DNA of 40,770 nucleotides from an uncultured Streptococcus sp. GTDB taxonomy: Bacteria; Bacillota; Bacilli; Lactobacillales; Streptococcaceae. The notes beneath the pieces are model-generated. The model ran no database searches and was not told the origin of the DNA. It saw only the letters and a program-made list of their open reading frames with translations. The translations under genes were made by a program, and so were the position numbers. Of this stretch, positions 18,876 through 28,721 are shown piece after piece (the stretch's first letter is position 1; every line of letters starts with the position of its first letter). The stretch covers positions 1 to 40,770 of the forward strand of contig CABKMC010000001.1 of the NCBI GenBank assembly GCA_902373455.1, in the 5' to 3' direction.

Positions 18876-19328
18876 TCAATCGATCGCAATTTTAAATAGA
18901 TATTTTTTCACGATATCTTCTTGTCCAGCATAGCCATTGGGCTGGTGAGGCTCACCTGGAAAGAAAATCGCAAAATTATGATAGCCTAGATGAAGCGGAT
19001 AAGACTCCTGACAATGGACAAAACCGATGTCTGATGCTTCATCAAATGCGAGCGCCTCACCTGTCACACGAGATCCATAACTCGAAAACTCATGCCCTTC
19101 TACTAATAAATGCAAATCGGCATATCTTTTGTGGTGTTCAAAGCGATCATTTTCTGCTTTGTTGAGGGTATTTTCTTGAACGACGAGAAAGACCTTATCC
19201 CCATCAATATCGTATCTCCCCAATTCAAAAGAATCTTTCCGATGCTCATAGAGAAAATCAATGGCCTGATCTAAATTGGAGTGGATTCCTTTGTAAAAGG
19301 TGATGTTTTTTAAATCATCAAATATCAT
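18876..19328 (-). CDS. YhcH/YjgK/YiaL-family protein
   Basis: FEHHKRYADLH; FAIFFPGEPHQP. Confidence 0.88.
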   Translation of the reverse strand: MIFDDLKNITFYKGIHSNLDQAIDFLYEHRKDSFELGRYDIDGDKVFLVVQENTLNKAENDRFEHHKRYADLHLLVEGHEFSSYGSRVTGEALAFDEASDIGFVHCQESYPLHLGYHNFAIFFPGEPHQPNGYAGQEDIVKKYLFKIAID

Positions 19329-19402
19329 ATTCTCATCCTTTCGATACTTCTCAGCCTAGAAAACCGATCTGTACACAACTATCGTTTGTCCAAACAGACG
19401 AC

Positions 19403-20242
19403 TTATCCTTTGACCGCTCCCATGGTAATCCCTTGTGTAAAGGATTTTTGGAAGACGAGGAAGACCGTAACGATTGGCACTGCAGCTAGGGCTGCCCCAG
19501 CCATGATCAAGCCATAGTTGGTGGCCATTTCAGCCTGCATGGTCGCTACCCCTAAGGAAATGGTCAAGTTTTGCCGAGAGGTCAGCATTACCAATTGCAT
19601 AAAGTAGTCGTTCCAGGTGTTGATAAAGGTAAAGATGGCAAGGGCTGCAAATCCCGGTTTGACAATTGGGAAGGCAACGCTCCAGAAAGTTCGCAACTCT
19701 CCACAACCATCGATCTTAGCAGATTCTAAGAGTTCTGTTGGGATGTTTTCACTAAATTGCTTCATCAAGAAGACACCGAATGGCCATCCAACCAGTGGTA
19801 AGATCACCGCCGCAAGGGTATCATGGATTCCCATAAAGTTGATAATGCGTACCAATGGGACCAAGACAACTTGTTTCGGAAGGGCCATAGCTGCAATGAA
19901 GATGGCAAAGAGAATTCGTTGCCCATAGAAGCGTTTCTTAGCCAAGACATAGCCAGCTAAGGACGAGGTCATACATACCAAGAGCATGGTTGCAAGGGAG
20001 ATAAAGACACTGTTCCACAACCATTGTAGGGCTGGGTTTTGCACCATCAACTGTTGGAAGTTTTCCATAGTTGGTGTCTTTGGCCACCATTGAGGTGGGA
20101 TCATAATGGTATCTGGCTGAGACTTAAAGGCCCCTGTCAAGATCCAATAAAATGGGAAAATGAACAAAATTGTTAAAAGGAGCAAAATGATCGTTGAAAT
20201 CACTGTAAAGGCAGTGATGGGTTTCTTTTGTGTTGGTTTCAT
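19403..20242 (-). CDS. Carbohydrate ABC permease (SatC-like, sialic acid)
   Basis: ELLESAKIDG EAA loop; cluster context. Confidence 0.9.
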   Translation of the reverse strand: MKPTQKKPITAFTVISTIILLLLTILFIFPFYWILTGAFKSQPDTIMIPPQWWPKTPTMENFQQLMVQNPALQWLWNSVFISLATMLLVCMTSSLAGYVLAKKRFYGQRILFAIFIAAMALPKQVVLVPLVRIINFMGIHDTLAAVILPLVGWPFGVFLMKQFSENIPTELLESAKIDGCGELRTFWSVAFPIVKPGFAALAIFTFINTWNDYFMQLVMLTSRQNLTISLGVATMQAEMATNYGLIMAGAALAAVPIVTVFLVFQKSFTQGITMGAVKG

Positions 20243-20257
20243 CTGAGGCTCCTTTCT

Positions 20258-21145
20258 TTAGTATTCTACGTCATTTCCGAGGATCTTGAATTGCGCAAAA
20301 CTGATGATAGCAATCATCACCGCAAGGAAGACACCCATGGTGTTGGCATAACCATATTCAGAGAGTTTAAAGGCTTTTTCATAGAGATAGTACATAAGGG
20401 TACTTGTTGAGTAGTTAGGACCACCGGATGTCAACAATTGGATCAAGGCGAAACATTGGAAAGAGTTAATGGTCGTAATGATGGCAATGTACAAAGTTGT
20501 TGGCAATAAGCTTGGCCATTTGATTTTCCAGAAAACTTGGAATTCTGTCGCACCATCCACACGCGCGGCTTCTACGAGGGAATTATCAATATTTCCCATG
20601 GCCGCAATGTAGAGGATGATCGGTTGACCAACTGAAGTGGTCAACAAAATAATGATGATGGCCATCAAAGCCCAGTGTTTGTCCCCCAACCAAGAAATGT
20701 TTTGGTTGATGACATGTCCAGATTTCAATACAAAGTTCAAAATCCCTGATAGTGGATCATAGATCCATTTCCATACAACCGTTACCGCTACACTCCCTGT
20801 AACAACTGGAAGGAAGAAGACGAAACGATAGAAGGAACGCGCAATGGCATTTTGATGGTAGGTCTGAGAAGCCACAAACAAGGAGAACAATACTACGATC
20901 GGAACGGATCCGATAACGATGATGACGGTATTGATCAAGGACTTCACAAAGACCTTATCCGCAAACATGCGGGAATAATTTTCTAAACCGACAAACTTGA
21001 AGGATGTCATCGAGTAGTTGAAGAAACTTGTCACAAAGCCCATGATCATGGGTGCTAGGACAAAGACCGTAAAGAAGATTAAAATGGGTGCTAGGAATGC
21101 GTAGGAAACGAGTGTCTCCCTCATTCGGATTTTGTTTACCTTCAC
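20258..21145 (-). CDS. Carbohydrate ABC permease (SatB-like)
   Basis: EAARVDGA loop; cluster context. Confidence 0.9.
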   Translation of the reverse strand: MKVNKIRMRETLVSYAFLAPILIFFTVFVLAPMIMGFVTSFFNYSMTSFKFVGLENYSRMFADKVFVKSLINTVIIVIGSVPIVVLFSLFVASQTYHQNAIARSFYRFVFFLPVVTGSVAVTVVWKWIYDPLSGILNFVLKSGHVINQNISWLGDKHWALMAIIIILLTTSVGQPIILYIAAMGNIDNSLVEAARVDGATEFQVFWKIKWPSLLPTTLYIAIITTINSFQCFALIQLLTSGGPNYSTSTLMYYLYEKAFKLSEYGYANTMGVFLAVMIAIISFAQFKILGNDVEY

Positions 21146-21327
21146 AGTAAGGCACCTCCTAGTGTTCTTTTTCTATTTTCTTTTCTAAACATATCTTACG
21201 ACTTAAGAAAAGAAGATCCAGAAAGAATGAAGACCCCTTCGTTCCATTCCAAAAAGAGAAATACGGATTCGAAGGGGCCTGCAAATTCTCGTTTCTATGA
21301 AAGACTTAGGTCTGCTTCATAGACTGA

Positions 21328-22644
21328 TTATTTTTTCGTAATGGTTTCGTTTGCTTTTTCAGTAAAGGTCTTCAAAGCTGGTTCTGCTTTTTCATCCCCG
21401 TTTGAAACAGATTGCAACATTGGGAACCATAGGGTCCGCATTTCTGCAAAACCGTTGATCGTGTTGTAGTATGGTGAGTAGTATTTTGTCCAAGTGCTGA
21501 TGGTTTCCATCCGTTTGTCATCGTACAACTTACCAAATGAACTACGAACTGGGAAAGCTCCTGTACGAACAACATCTTTTGGACCCCATTCTTTGTCGTC
21601 TGCGATGAACTGTACAAATTTCTTAGCAGCAGCAATTTTCTTTTCATCTTTATTATTGAAGACTGCAAATCCATTGACAAGGTATTCCAATTTTGGCTTG
21701 CCTGAGTCAGATGGGAATGGCACTTCTACTACTTCAACCTTACTTGCATCCAACAATTTAGCTTGGATACCGTTTTGTGAAGGCGCCCACAAGATGGTGT
21801 AAGAAGTTTGACCATTCGCAAAGTTTTGGATATCTGCTCCACCATCGAATTGAGAACCATTCATCATCAAGCCGTCATCGATCCATTTAGAAGCTTTTTC
21901 CAAACCTTTGACGAATTTCGCATCATCAGTTGTATACTTGGTTACTTTTTCATCAGTAACAGAACCGCCATAAAGGTTGGCAATGAAGGCACGAGTTCCT
22001 TGGTCTCCACCTTGACCATTACTGAAGAGTGATCCTGGTGTGTAGCCTTTGTCTTTCAAGGCTTTCAAGACTTTTTCAAAGTCGTCTGTTGTCCAGCCTT
22101 CTTTGACAAGATCCAACACGCCTGCATCTTTGAGCATCTTCTTATTCATCGCCATGTAGAATGGTGCTGAACTAATTGGATACATGTAAGCTGTGTCGCC
22201 TGCCTTGCTGGCTTGGATGATATTTTCATTATTGACATCTTTGACAAAATCTTCTGTAAAGAGATCGTTCAAATCAGCCAATTTTCCATTTTTACCATAC
22301 TGAATGATCCGTCCAGGTGCATCAAAGAGCACATCTGGAGCAGTTCCTGCTTCAATAGCCGTTGTGATCTTTTCAGGACCTGACTTGAAGTCAATCGTTT
22401 CCAAATTCACGTGGATATCTGGATTCGCTTTTTCAAAAGCTGCAATAATTGATTTTTCGTAGGTTCCGACACCATCTTCTGCTTTTTCTTGAGTAAAGAC
22501 TGGGAAAGCCCACCAGGTAATTTCTGTTTTACCAGAATTTCCACCAGAAGATTCTGATTTTGATCCTCCGCCAGAGCCACAAGCTGCGAGTGCTAGAAGA
22601 GCTGCACCAGCTACCAACGAGCACAATACTTTTTTCATTTTCAT
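21328..22644 (-). CDS. Sialic acid ABC substrate-binding lipoprotein (SatA-like)
   Basis: Lipobox [13 protein letters not shown]; start moved to MKMKK (RBS GAGGAG). Confidence 0.88.
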   Translation of the reverse strand: MKMKKVLCSLVAGAALLALAACGSGGGSKSESSGGNSGKTEITWWAFPVFTQEKAEDGVGTYEKSIIAAFEKANPDIHVNLETIDFKSGPEKITTAIEAGTAPDVLFDAPGRIIQYGKNGKLADLNDLFTEDFVKDVNNENIIQASKAGDTAYMYPISSAPFYMAMNKKMLKDAGVLDLVKEGWTTDDFEKVLKALKDKGYTPGSLFSNGQGGDQGTRAFIANLYGGSVTDEKVTKYTTDDAKFVKGLEKASKWIDDGLMMNGSQFDGGADIQNFANGQTSYTILWAPSQNGIQAKLLDASKVEVVEVPFPSDSGKPKLEYLVNGFAVFNNKDEKKIAAAKKFVQFIADDKEWGPKDVVRTGAFPVRSSFGKLYDDKRMETISTWTKYYSPYYNTINGFAEMRTLWFPMLQSVSNGDEKAEPALKTFTEKANETITKK

Positions 22645-22782
22645 GTGATTTCTCCTCACAATTGCGGTAAGATTACTCTTACAGGGGGTTATCCTCAACG
22701 AGGACGCCTATTCTTGTTCTTGTTTCAGATTCGACTACTCTCTATTGGGTCTCCTCCTCCTTCAATCTACTGTTTTGTTTTC

Positions 22783-23481
22783 TCATTTTAAGGCTGCGAC
22801 AAAGCGCTCGGTGATCTCTTTTGGTCGAGTAATGGCACCACCTACAACGATGCCGCGAACCCCGAGATCATGGATTTTCTTGGCCTGATCAGGATAGTGG
22901 ATCTTGCCTTCTGCGATGACATCCACTCCTGCTTGACAGAGGCTATGGATCAGTTCAAAATCTGGCCCATCAACCTTCGGACTGTAGTCCGTATAGCCCG
23001 AAAGGGTCGTTCCAACAAAGTCTACTCCCGCTTCGACCGCTGTCAATCCTTCTTCCAGAGTAGAGGTATCAGCCATCAAGAGTTGGTCTGGATATTTCTC
23101 TTTGACTTGATGGATAAAGTCACTAATCGAAAGACCATCATGACGGGGACGTTTGGTACAATCAAGAGCAATGACTGCGATATCCAAAGCTGCCAGCTCA
23201 TCGACTTCTTTCATAGTAGCCGTGATAAAGGGTTCTTCAGGTGGGTAATCACGTTTGATAATCCCAATAATTGGTAACTTGGTCACTTCCTTGATTTCCT
23301 TGATATCCCGTACACTATTGGCTCGGATTCCGACAGCTCCACCCTGTTCAGCCGCTTTGACCAAGAGAGGAATGACTCCTCCTGCTTCTGTATAGAGCGG
23401 TTCATGAGGGAGAGCTTGACAAGAAACAATGATGCCGTCTTTGATTTGTTCAATCAGTTCATCTTTTGTAATCTTTGACAT
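22783..23481 (-). CDS. nanE: N-acetylmannosamine-6-phosphate 2-epimerase
   Basis: [32 protein letters not shown]. Confidence 0.96.
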   Translation of the reverse strand: MSKITKDELIEQIKDGIIVSCQALPHEPLYTEAGGVIPLLVKAAEQGGAVGIRANSVRDIKEIKEVTKLPIIGIIKRDYPPEEPFITATMKEVDELAALDIAVIALDCTKRPRHDGLSISDFIHQVKEKYPDQLLMADTSTLEEGLTAVEAGVDFVGTTLSGYTDYSPKVDGPDFELIHSLCQAGVDVIAEGKIHYPDQAKKIHDLGVRGIVVGGAITRPKEITERFVAALK

Positions 23482-23528
23482 AACTCCTTCTCCTTTGATA
23501 ATAAGGCAACTCGAGTACTTGTAAATTG

Positions 23529-23557
23529 ATTATAATCTATTTTTAAAGCGCTTACAA
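23529..23557 (-). promoter_or_regulatory. nanE promoter with cre over the -35
   Basis: TTGTAA-17 nt-TATAAT; TGTAAGCGCTTTAA at 23556-23543. Confidence 0.75.
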
Positions 23558-23607
23558 TATTAATCGTGCAATTGGATTATAGTTTCACATTTTAGGGAAA
23601 AATAAAA

Positions 23608-23635
23608 AGATCTCTGAAACTAGTTTCAGAGATCT
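23608..23635. promoter_or_regulatory. NanR operator-like perfect palindrome
   Basis: AGATCTCTGAAACTAGTTTCAGAGATCT; core resembles the pneumococcal NanR site TCTGAAASTACTTTCARA as I recall it. Confidence 0.7.
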
Positions 23636-23651
23636 AGGACATGGTGATTCC

Positions 23652-24038
23652 CTAAGCCATCTTTTGAGTCGCTTTTTCCTTTACAACAAATACAAAGCCG
23701 ATAGAGCCGACGACGGCTCCAAGCAAGATCCAATAGACCATATCCGATGAAGTAATTGGGCCTGCCAAGAGACCTGCTAATAAAAAGAGATTGATATACA
23801 GTCGGGTATCGCGATAGAAGGTCCAATTGAAATGGTAGCTACCTTCTGGATACTGACGTGTCGATACAGCCGGTTGAAAGACCTGAAGAAGGATCAAAAT
23901 CCCAACAAAAGCAAGATAAGCCAGGCTAACTACCGAAAGAGGAGCCTGCATCGTTAAAGCTACAGTCGCTAAAAGCAAGACCAAGATCCAGAAATGGAAG
24001 TCCATCCAGAATTCACGATGATAACAAAAACGTTTCAT
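23652..24038 (-). CDS. Hypothetical membrane protein (about 4 TM)
   Basis: Hydrophobic segments, RBS AAAGGTG, own TTGCAA/TATAAT promoter and cre-like TGTAATCGTTTTCT (24060-24073). Confidence 0.7.
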   Translation of the reverse strand: MKRFCYHREFWMDFHFWILVLLLATVALTMQAPLSVVSLAYLAFVGILILLQVFQPAVSTRQYPEGSYHFNWTFYRDTRLYINLFLLAGLLAGPITSSDMVYWILLGAVVGSIGFVFVVKEKATQKMA

Positions 24039-24196
24039 AAGATCACACCTTTCTCTTTATGTAATCGTTTTCTGTACTTATATTATAAGACAACAAATTT
24101 ATTTTGCAAGGAATCATTGGCTTTTGGGGGTTGAAAATAGGACCAGAATATCTCTGGTCCGTCTAAAAAAACTATGAACAAATATTAGTTGCTACT

Positions 24197-24362
24197 TCAT
24201 TCACTGATATCATTTTCGATAATGACTTTGAGTGCGTTGTTTTCACCCGCATGTTTAAAGACATCATAGGCTTTTTCAACTTCTGAGAGTTTGAAGTGGT
24301 GGGTGATGAGCTTGATCCAGCAGTTGCAGATTGCCTGCAGATACATAGGTTGCAGCTTTCAT
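24197..24362 (-). pseudogene. Zn-dependent alcohol dehydrogenase remnant with a large internal deletion
   Basis: RBS + MKAATYVSAGNLQLLD joined out of frame to KLITHHFKLSEVEKAYDVFKHAGENNALKVIIENDISE*, the two termini of an MDR-family ADH. Confidence 0.85.
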
Positions 24363-24412
24363 AAGCGACTCCTTTTTTGTTGGTTTGATAAAACCATTTT
24401 ATTTTCGTTTCT

Positions 24413-24449
24413 TTGTGAATATTATAACATACTAAGTAAGCGCTTGCAA
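24413..24449 (-). promoter_or_regulatory. Promoter of the ADH remnant with cre and a Rex-like site
   Basis: TTGCAA-17 nt-(TG.)TATAAT; TGCAAGCGCTTACT; TTGTGAA-N4-ATAACAT. Confidence 0.65.
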
Positions 24450-24522
24450 GAATTTATAGGCACATTTTTAAAAGTTTTCGAGCAAACAAAAACATTCCTC
24501 TTATCTATACCAGAGGAATGTT

Positions 24523-24846
24523 TCAATCACCTTGTTCTAATTGTTGACGCTGCTTGTAGTACTCTTGCTGCTCGCGCTCACGCTCTTCTTCTAAACGCTC
24601 TTCATAGCGCTTGAGTTCTGCCTCAAACTCTTCTTGCAAAGCAAATAAACGCTCCAAGCCACTTTGAGCCTCCGCACTTGGCGCTTGAAAATGCAGGGCA
24701 CTTAGCCAGTCTACTAAATTTTCTGTATGTTGGCGGACATCCATACGCATATCCGCATAATCCCACTCCAGCTCGCTAAGCTTTTGATTGAAGCGGTAAT
24801 GTCGATCTTCTAGTTGTTCTAATTCACTATTTCCTGAATGGTACAT
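24523..24846 (-). CDS. Small coiled-coil protein, possible T7SS effector partner
   Basis: Helix-turn-helix hairpin pattern, Glu/Gln-rich; TGATG coupling to the upstream gene; RBS AGGAGG. Confidence 0.7.
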   Translation of the reverse strand: MYHSGNSELEQLEDRHYRFNQKLSELEWDYADMRMDVRQHTENLVDWLSALHFQAPSAEAQSGLERLFALQEEFEAELKRYEERLEEEREREQQEYYKQRQQLEQGD

Positions 24847-25151
24847 CACATACCTCCTTTAATCGGACTCAATAAAATCGGCTTTTTCACTGACTTCAGT
24901 GCTGCTTCTGCCACGTCCGCTGCTCCTCCTGTAAATCCGTCTTTCAAATCACTAACTAAGGTCGTTGTGGCAAAAGAGCGCATCTTTTCGGATTGACCGC
25001 TCAAAGTCACCTGCAAACTCATCCCTTCCAACATCATCAAGGCTTTTTGCGTTGCAATCAAACTTCTGATCGCAATCCGCTCTTGCTCCTTTTTAATCTC
25101 TCGATGGAGCTCCTCAATTCGTTCTCTGTCCTCTCCCAGGATCTCTAACAT
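24846..25151 (-). CDS. Small helical protein, WXG100-like motif
   Basis: 101 aa; FTGGAADVA resembles the [W/F]xGxAA turn; RBS AGGAG. Confidence 0.7.
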   Translation of the reverse strand: MLEILGEDRERIEELHREIKKEQERIAIRSLIATQKALMMLEGMSLQVTLSGQSEKMRSFATTTLVSDLKDGFTGGAADVAEAALKSVKKPILLSPIKGGM

Positions 25152-25164
25152 CTTTTTCTCCTAC

Positions 25165-25722
25165 TTATGAAAAATCAAAGGCCGTCGCTTGTCCCTTGTC
25201 CAAGTCCACCAATTGAGCTGAAGCAGCCTCCAGCTGACCTGCCAAATCTGACAAGCGAGTAGAGTAGGCCTTTGCTTGGGCGAGGTTCTCCGCCTCTACC
25301 GCTTGGTCCCAACAAGTATCCATGGAGAACTCTCCTAATAGTTGCTCCACTTCTGCGTCTGTTAAAAATTGGGCCATGCTGTGGGCCATTTGAGACACCT
25401 CAGCGACCTTATGAGAAACTGTCTCCTTAGCCTCTTCAAGCTTATCCTTGATTTCTGCCTCAAAGACAGTTGCTTGCGCTGAAGCATTCTGCGCTACCGC
25501 CAGCACCAATTCCTCCCGCAATTGAATGGTCTGGGTTCCAGATGCGCCTGCCAGTTGCTGATGGAGGCTAGAAATGCTTGGATTTTCCTGCCCATACATG
25601 GAGACCACCGAAGCAGATGATGGCTGATTTTCTGAAGTGGAAGTTTCCCGATCTCGTTGGGGCATTTCAATAATTTTCTGTGCCTGATCTTGTCTTCCTT
25701 GCACGTCACCTTCTAACTCCAT
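25165..25722 (-). CDS. Helical protein resembling the C-terminal carrier domain of reverse-arranged T7SS effectors
   Basis: RBS AAGGAGG; low-complexity N-terminal ~45 aa then amphipathic helices ending LEAASAQLVDLDKGQATAF. Confidence 0.7.
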   Translation of the reverse strand: MELEGDVQGRQDQAQKIIEMPQRDRETSTSENQPSSASVVSMYGQENPSISSLHQQLAGASGTQTIQLREELVLAVAQNASAQATVFEAEIKDKLEEAKETVSHKVAEVSQMAHSMAQFLTDAEVEQLLGEFSMDTCWDQAVEAENLAQAKAYSTRLSDLAGQLEAASAQLVDLDKGQATAFDFS

Positions 25723-25914
25723 TTGAGATGGCCTCCTTTCTTGGATTTGTTTTTTCGTTTCCTATAACTGAAAAAGGATCATAACCCTTCAGCTACAGGC
25801 AGATTTACACACTATAGGGTAACATAAAATAGCTCGGAATGCTATAAAAATAACACAATTTCTGAAAAAAAGTCTAATTTTTTATGAAAAAAACGAGTTT
25901 TGGACCCAAATAGC

Positions 25915-25944
25915 AAAAATCCCCCACTCTTTCGAGTGAGGGAT
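25915..25944 (-). terminator. adhE terminator
   Basis: ATCCCTCACTC-GAAA-GAGTGGGGGAT + T run. Confidence 0.85.
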
Positions 25945-25975
25945 AGCTGATAAACATCAGTTATTCCTTGGCGTC

Positions 25976-28627
25976 TTATTTACGACGTCCTGGACGTTCC
26001 TTGTAACCATAGTAAGCATCTTCGATGATTTCTTGCATATGGTCTACCATTGGAAGACGTGGGTTAGCTGGTGAACATTGATCTTCGTAAGCAAGGAAGG
26101 CCAATTCACGAGAATGTTTCTTCCATTCTTTTTCATCGATGCCTTGTGCTTTGAAGTTCATTTCGATACCACAGCGTTCACCGAGTTCGTATACAGCTTT
26201 TGCGTAAGCTTCAACGGCTTCTTCTGGAGTAGAGCATGGAAGTCCTAGCATACGAGCGATATCTTGGTATTTTTCATCTGCACGGTAGTAGTTGTACTTA
26301 GGCCATGTAGCTGTCTTGGCTGGGCGTGTACCGTTGTAGCGGATAACGTATGGAAGCAAGATGGCATTGGTCCGTCCGTGGATGGTGTGGAATTGTGCAC
26401 CGATCTTGTGGGCCATTGAGTGAGAAATACCGAGGAAGGCATTGGCGAAGGCCATACCTGCGATGGTTGACGCATTGTGCATCTTTTCGCGTGAATGGAA
26501 GTCCGCATTCTTGACTGAGCTTTCCAAGTTTTCAAAGACAAGTTTAATAGCTTGAAGAGCAAGACCATCTGTGAAGTCGCTAGCCATTTGTGATACGTAA
26601 GCTTCTGTCGCGTGAGTCAAGACGTCCATACCAGTGTCTGCTGCAACAGATCCAGGAACTGTCAATACCAAGGCAGGGTCTACAATGGCAACTGTTGGAG
26701 TCAATGAGTAGTCTGCGATTGGGTATTTACGGTTGTTTGCTTTATCAGAGATAACGGCAAATGGCGTTACTTCAGATCCTGTACCAGATGTTGTTGGGAT
26801 CGCAATAAATTTAGTCTTCTTACCAAGCAATGGGAACTTGAAGGCACGTTTACGGATATCCATGAATTTTTGTACCAAGTCACGGAAGTCCACTTCTGGT
26901 TGTTCGTAGAAGAGCCACATAACTTTGGCCGCATCCATTGGTGATCCACCACCGAGAGCAATGATCGTATCTGGTTTGAAGGCACGCATGATCTCTGTAC
27001 CACGTTCAACAGTTGTGATATCTGGATCTGGTTCTACGTCTGCAAAGATTTGGTAAACCACCTTGTTGCGACGAAGGTCAAGCTGTTCGATGATACGATC
27101 AAGGAAACCAAGCTCTACCATAGCGTGGTCTGTAACGATCATGACACGTTCAACGTCACGACATTTTTGTAGGTATTCAATTGAATCACGTTCAAAGTAT
27201 GTTTTTGAAGGAAGTTTCATCCATTGCATGTTATTTCTCCGGCGTCCGACTTTTTTGATATTCAAGAGGTTGATGGCACTAACGTTGTCCCCAACAGAGT
27301 TGCGTCCGTAAGAACCACATCCAAGTGTCAATGATGGCAAGAAGGCATTGTAAACATCCCCGATACCACCGAAAGTTGAAGGAGAGTTGCAGATCACACG
27401 AATGGCTTTAACTGCTTTACCAAATTCTTTGGTCAATTCTTCGTCAGCTGTATGGATGGCAGCTGAGTGACCAAGACCGTTGAATTCAACCATTTGGCGA
27501 GCTTTGTTAATTCCGTCTTCACGGCTTTCAGATTTCAAGACAGCGATGACTGGTGACAATTTTTCACGAGTCAACGGTTCTTTTTCACCAACTTCTTTAC
27601 ATTCTGCCGCAAGGATATTGGTTCCTTCTGGTACAGAGAAGCCAGCTTGTTCAGCGATCCATGCTGCCGGTTTCCCAACGATGTCCGCATTCAATTTTGC
27701 ACCCGCACAGTTCTTGCTGTTAGCTTTCACACCGAAGCAGAACTCTTCAAGAAGGGCTTTTTCTTTTTTGTTGACAAAGTAAGTATGGTAAGATTTGAAT
27801 TCTTCAACAAACTCATCGTAGATTTCTTTATCGATGATGACCGCTTGTTCAGACGCACAGACCATCCCGTTGTCAAATGATTTAGACATGACGATATCGT
27901 GTGCTGCTTGGCGGATATTGGCTGATTTTTCAACGTAAGCAGGAACGTTTCCGGCACCTACCCCAAGAGCTGGTTTTCCACAAGAATAAGCGGCTTTTAC
28001 CATGGCGTTACCACCGGTCGCAAGGATGGTCGCAACTCCTTCATGGTTCATAAGAGCACTGGTTGCTTCCATAGAAGGTTGGGTAATCCATTGCACACAG
28101 TTCTCAGGTGCTCCAGCTGCAATTGCTGCATCGCGTACGATTCGTGCCGCATGAGCAGATGATTCTTGAGCAGATGGGTGGAAGGCAAAGACGATAGGGT
28201 TCCGTGTCTTCAAGGAAATCAATGCTTTAAAGATTGCTGTTGAAGTAGGGTTGGTTGTAGGAGTGATCCCGCAGACAACTCCGACTGGCTCTGCAATCAG
28301 AGTTAAACCAGTGACGTCATCTTCTGAAATGACACCAACTGTCTTGGTGTGACGCATGTTGTTCACAACGTGTTCACAAGCGAATAAGTTTTTTGTTGCC
28401 TTGTCTTCAAAGACCCCACGACCAGTTTCTTCATAAGCATGAAGAGCAAGCTCACCGTGTGCGTCAAGAGCAGCTACAGATGCTTTCGCTACAATGTAGT
28501 CCACTTGCTCCTGGTTCAATTTGCGCATTTCTTCAAGCGCCACCAGCGCTTTTTGCACCAACTCGTCTACGTGTTTTTCAGCAGCGAGTTTCTTTTCTTC
28601 AGGTGAGAGAGTTTTTTTATCAGCCAT
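25976..28627 (-). CDS. adhE: Bifunctional acetaldehyde-CoA/alcohol dehydrogenase
   Basis: ALDH domain (SFDNGMVCASEQ) + Fe-ADH domain (GGGSPMDAAK, HSMAHKIG). Confidence 0.98.
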   Translation of the reverse strand: MADKKTLSPEEKKLAAEKHVDELVQKALVALEEMRKLNQEQVDYIVAKASVAALDAHGELALHAYEETGRGVFEDKATKNLFACEHVVNNMRHTKTVGVISEDDVTGLTLIAEPVGVVCGITPTTNPTSTAIFKALISLKTRNPIVFAFHPSAQESSAHAARIVRDAAIAAGAPENCVQWITQPSMEATSALMNHEGVATILATGGNAMVKAAYSCGKPALGVGAGNVPAYVEKSANIRQAAHDIVMSKSFDNGMVCASEQAVIIDKEIYDEFVEEFKSYHTYFVNKKEKALLEEFCFGVKANSKNCAGAKLNADIVGKPAAWIAEQAGFSVPEGTNILAAECKEVGEKEPLTREKLSPVIAVLKSESREDGINKARQMVEFNGLGHSAAIHTADEELTKEFGKAVKAIRVICNSPSTFGGIGDVYNAFLPSLTLGCGSYGRNSVGDNVSAINLLNIKKVGRRRNNMQWMKLPSKTYFERDSIEYLQKCRDVERVMIVTDHAMVELGFLDRIIEQLDLRRNKVVYQIFADVEPDPDITTVERGTEIMRAFKPDTIIALGGGSPMDAAKVMWLFYEQPEVDFRDLVQKFMDIRKRAFKFPLLGKKTKFIAIPTTSGTGSEVTPFAVISDKANNRKYPIADYSLTPTVAIVDPALVLTVPGSVAADTGMDVLTHATEAYVSQMASDFTDGLALQAIKLVFENLESSVKNADFHSREKMHNASTIAGMAFANAFLGISHSMAHKIGAQFHTIHGRTNAILLPYVIRYNGTRPAKTATWPKYNYYRADEKYQDIARMLGLPCSTPEEAVEAYAKAVYELGERCGIEMNFKAQGIDEKEWKKHSRELAFLAYEDQCSPANPRLPMVDHMQEIIEDAYYGYKERPGRRK

Positions 28628-28721
28628 TTGATGCTTTCCTCCAATGTTTGAAACCCTTATCCTTTTCTAGAACTTTTTCATGTTTTCGGAAATTTTCAAG
28701 AATAGTGTAAGAAATTTCGAT

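Noticed and set aside
21230..21325. Possible sRNA between the binding-protein and permease genes
   Set aside because: Hairpins here fit the usual mRNA-stabilising structure after ABC binding-protein genes; no promoter seen
24291..24614. 107-aa plus-strand ORF
   Set aside because: Antisense to the ADH remnant, its promoter and the end of the trio
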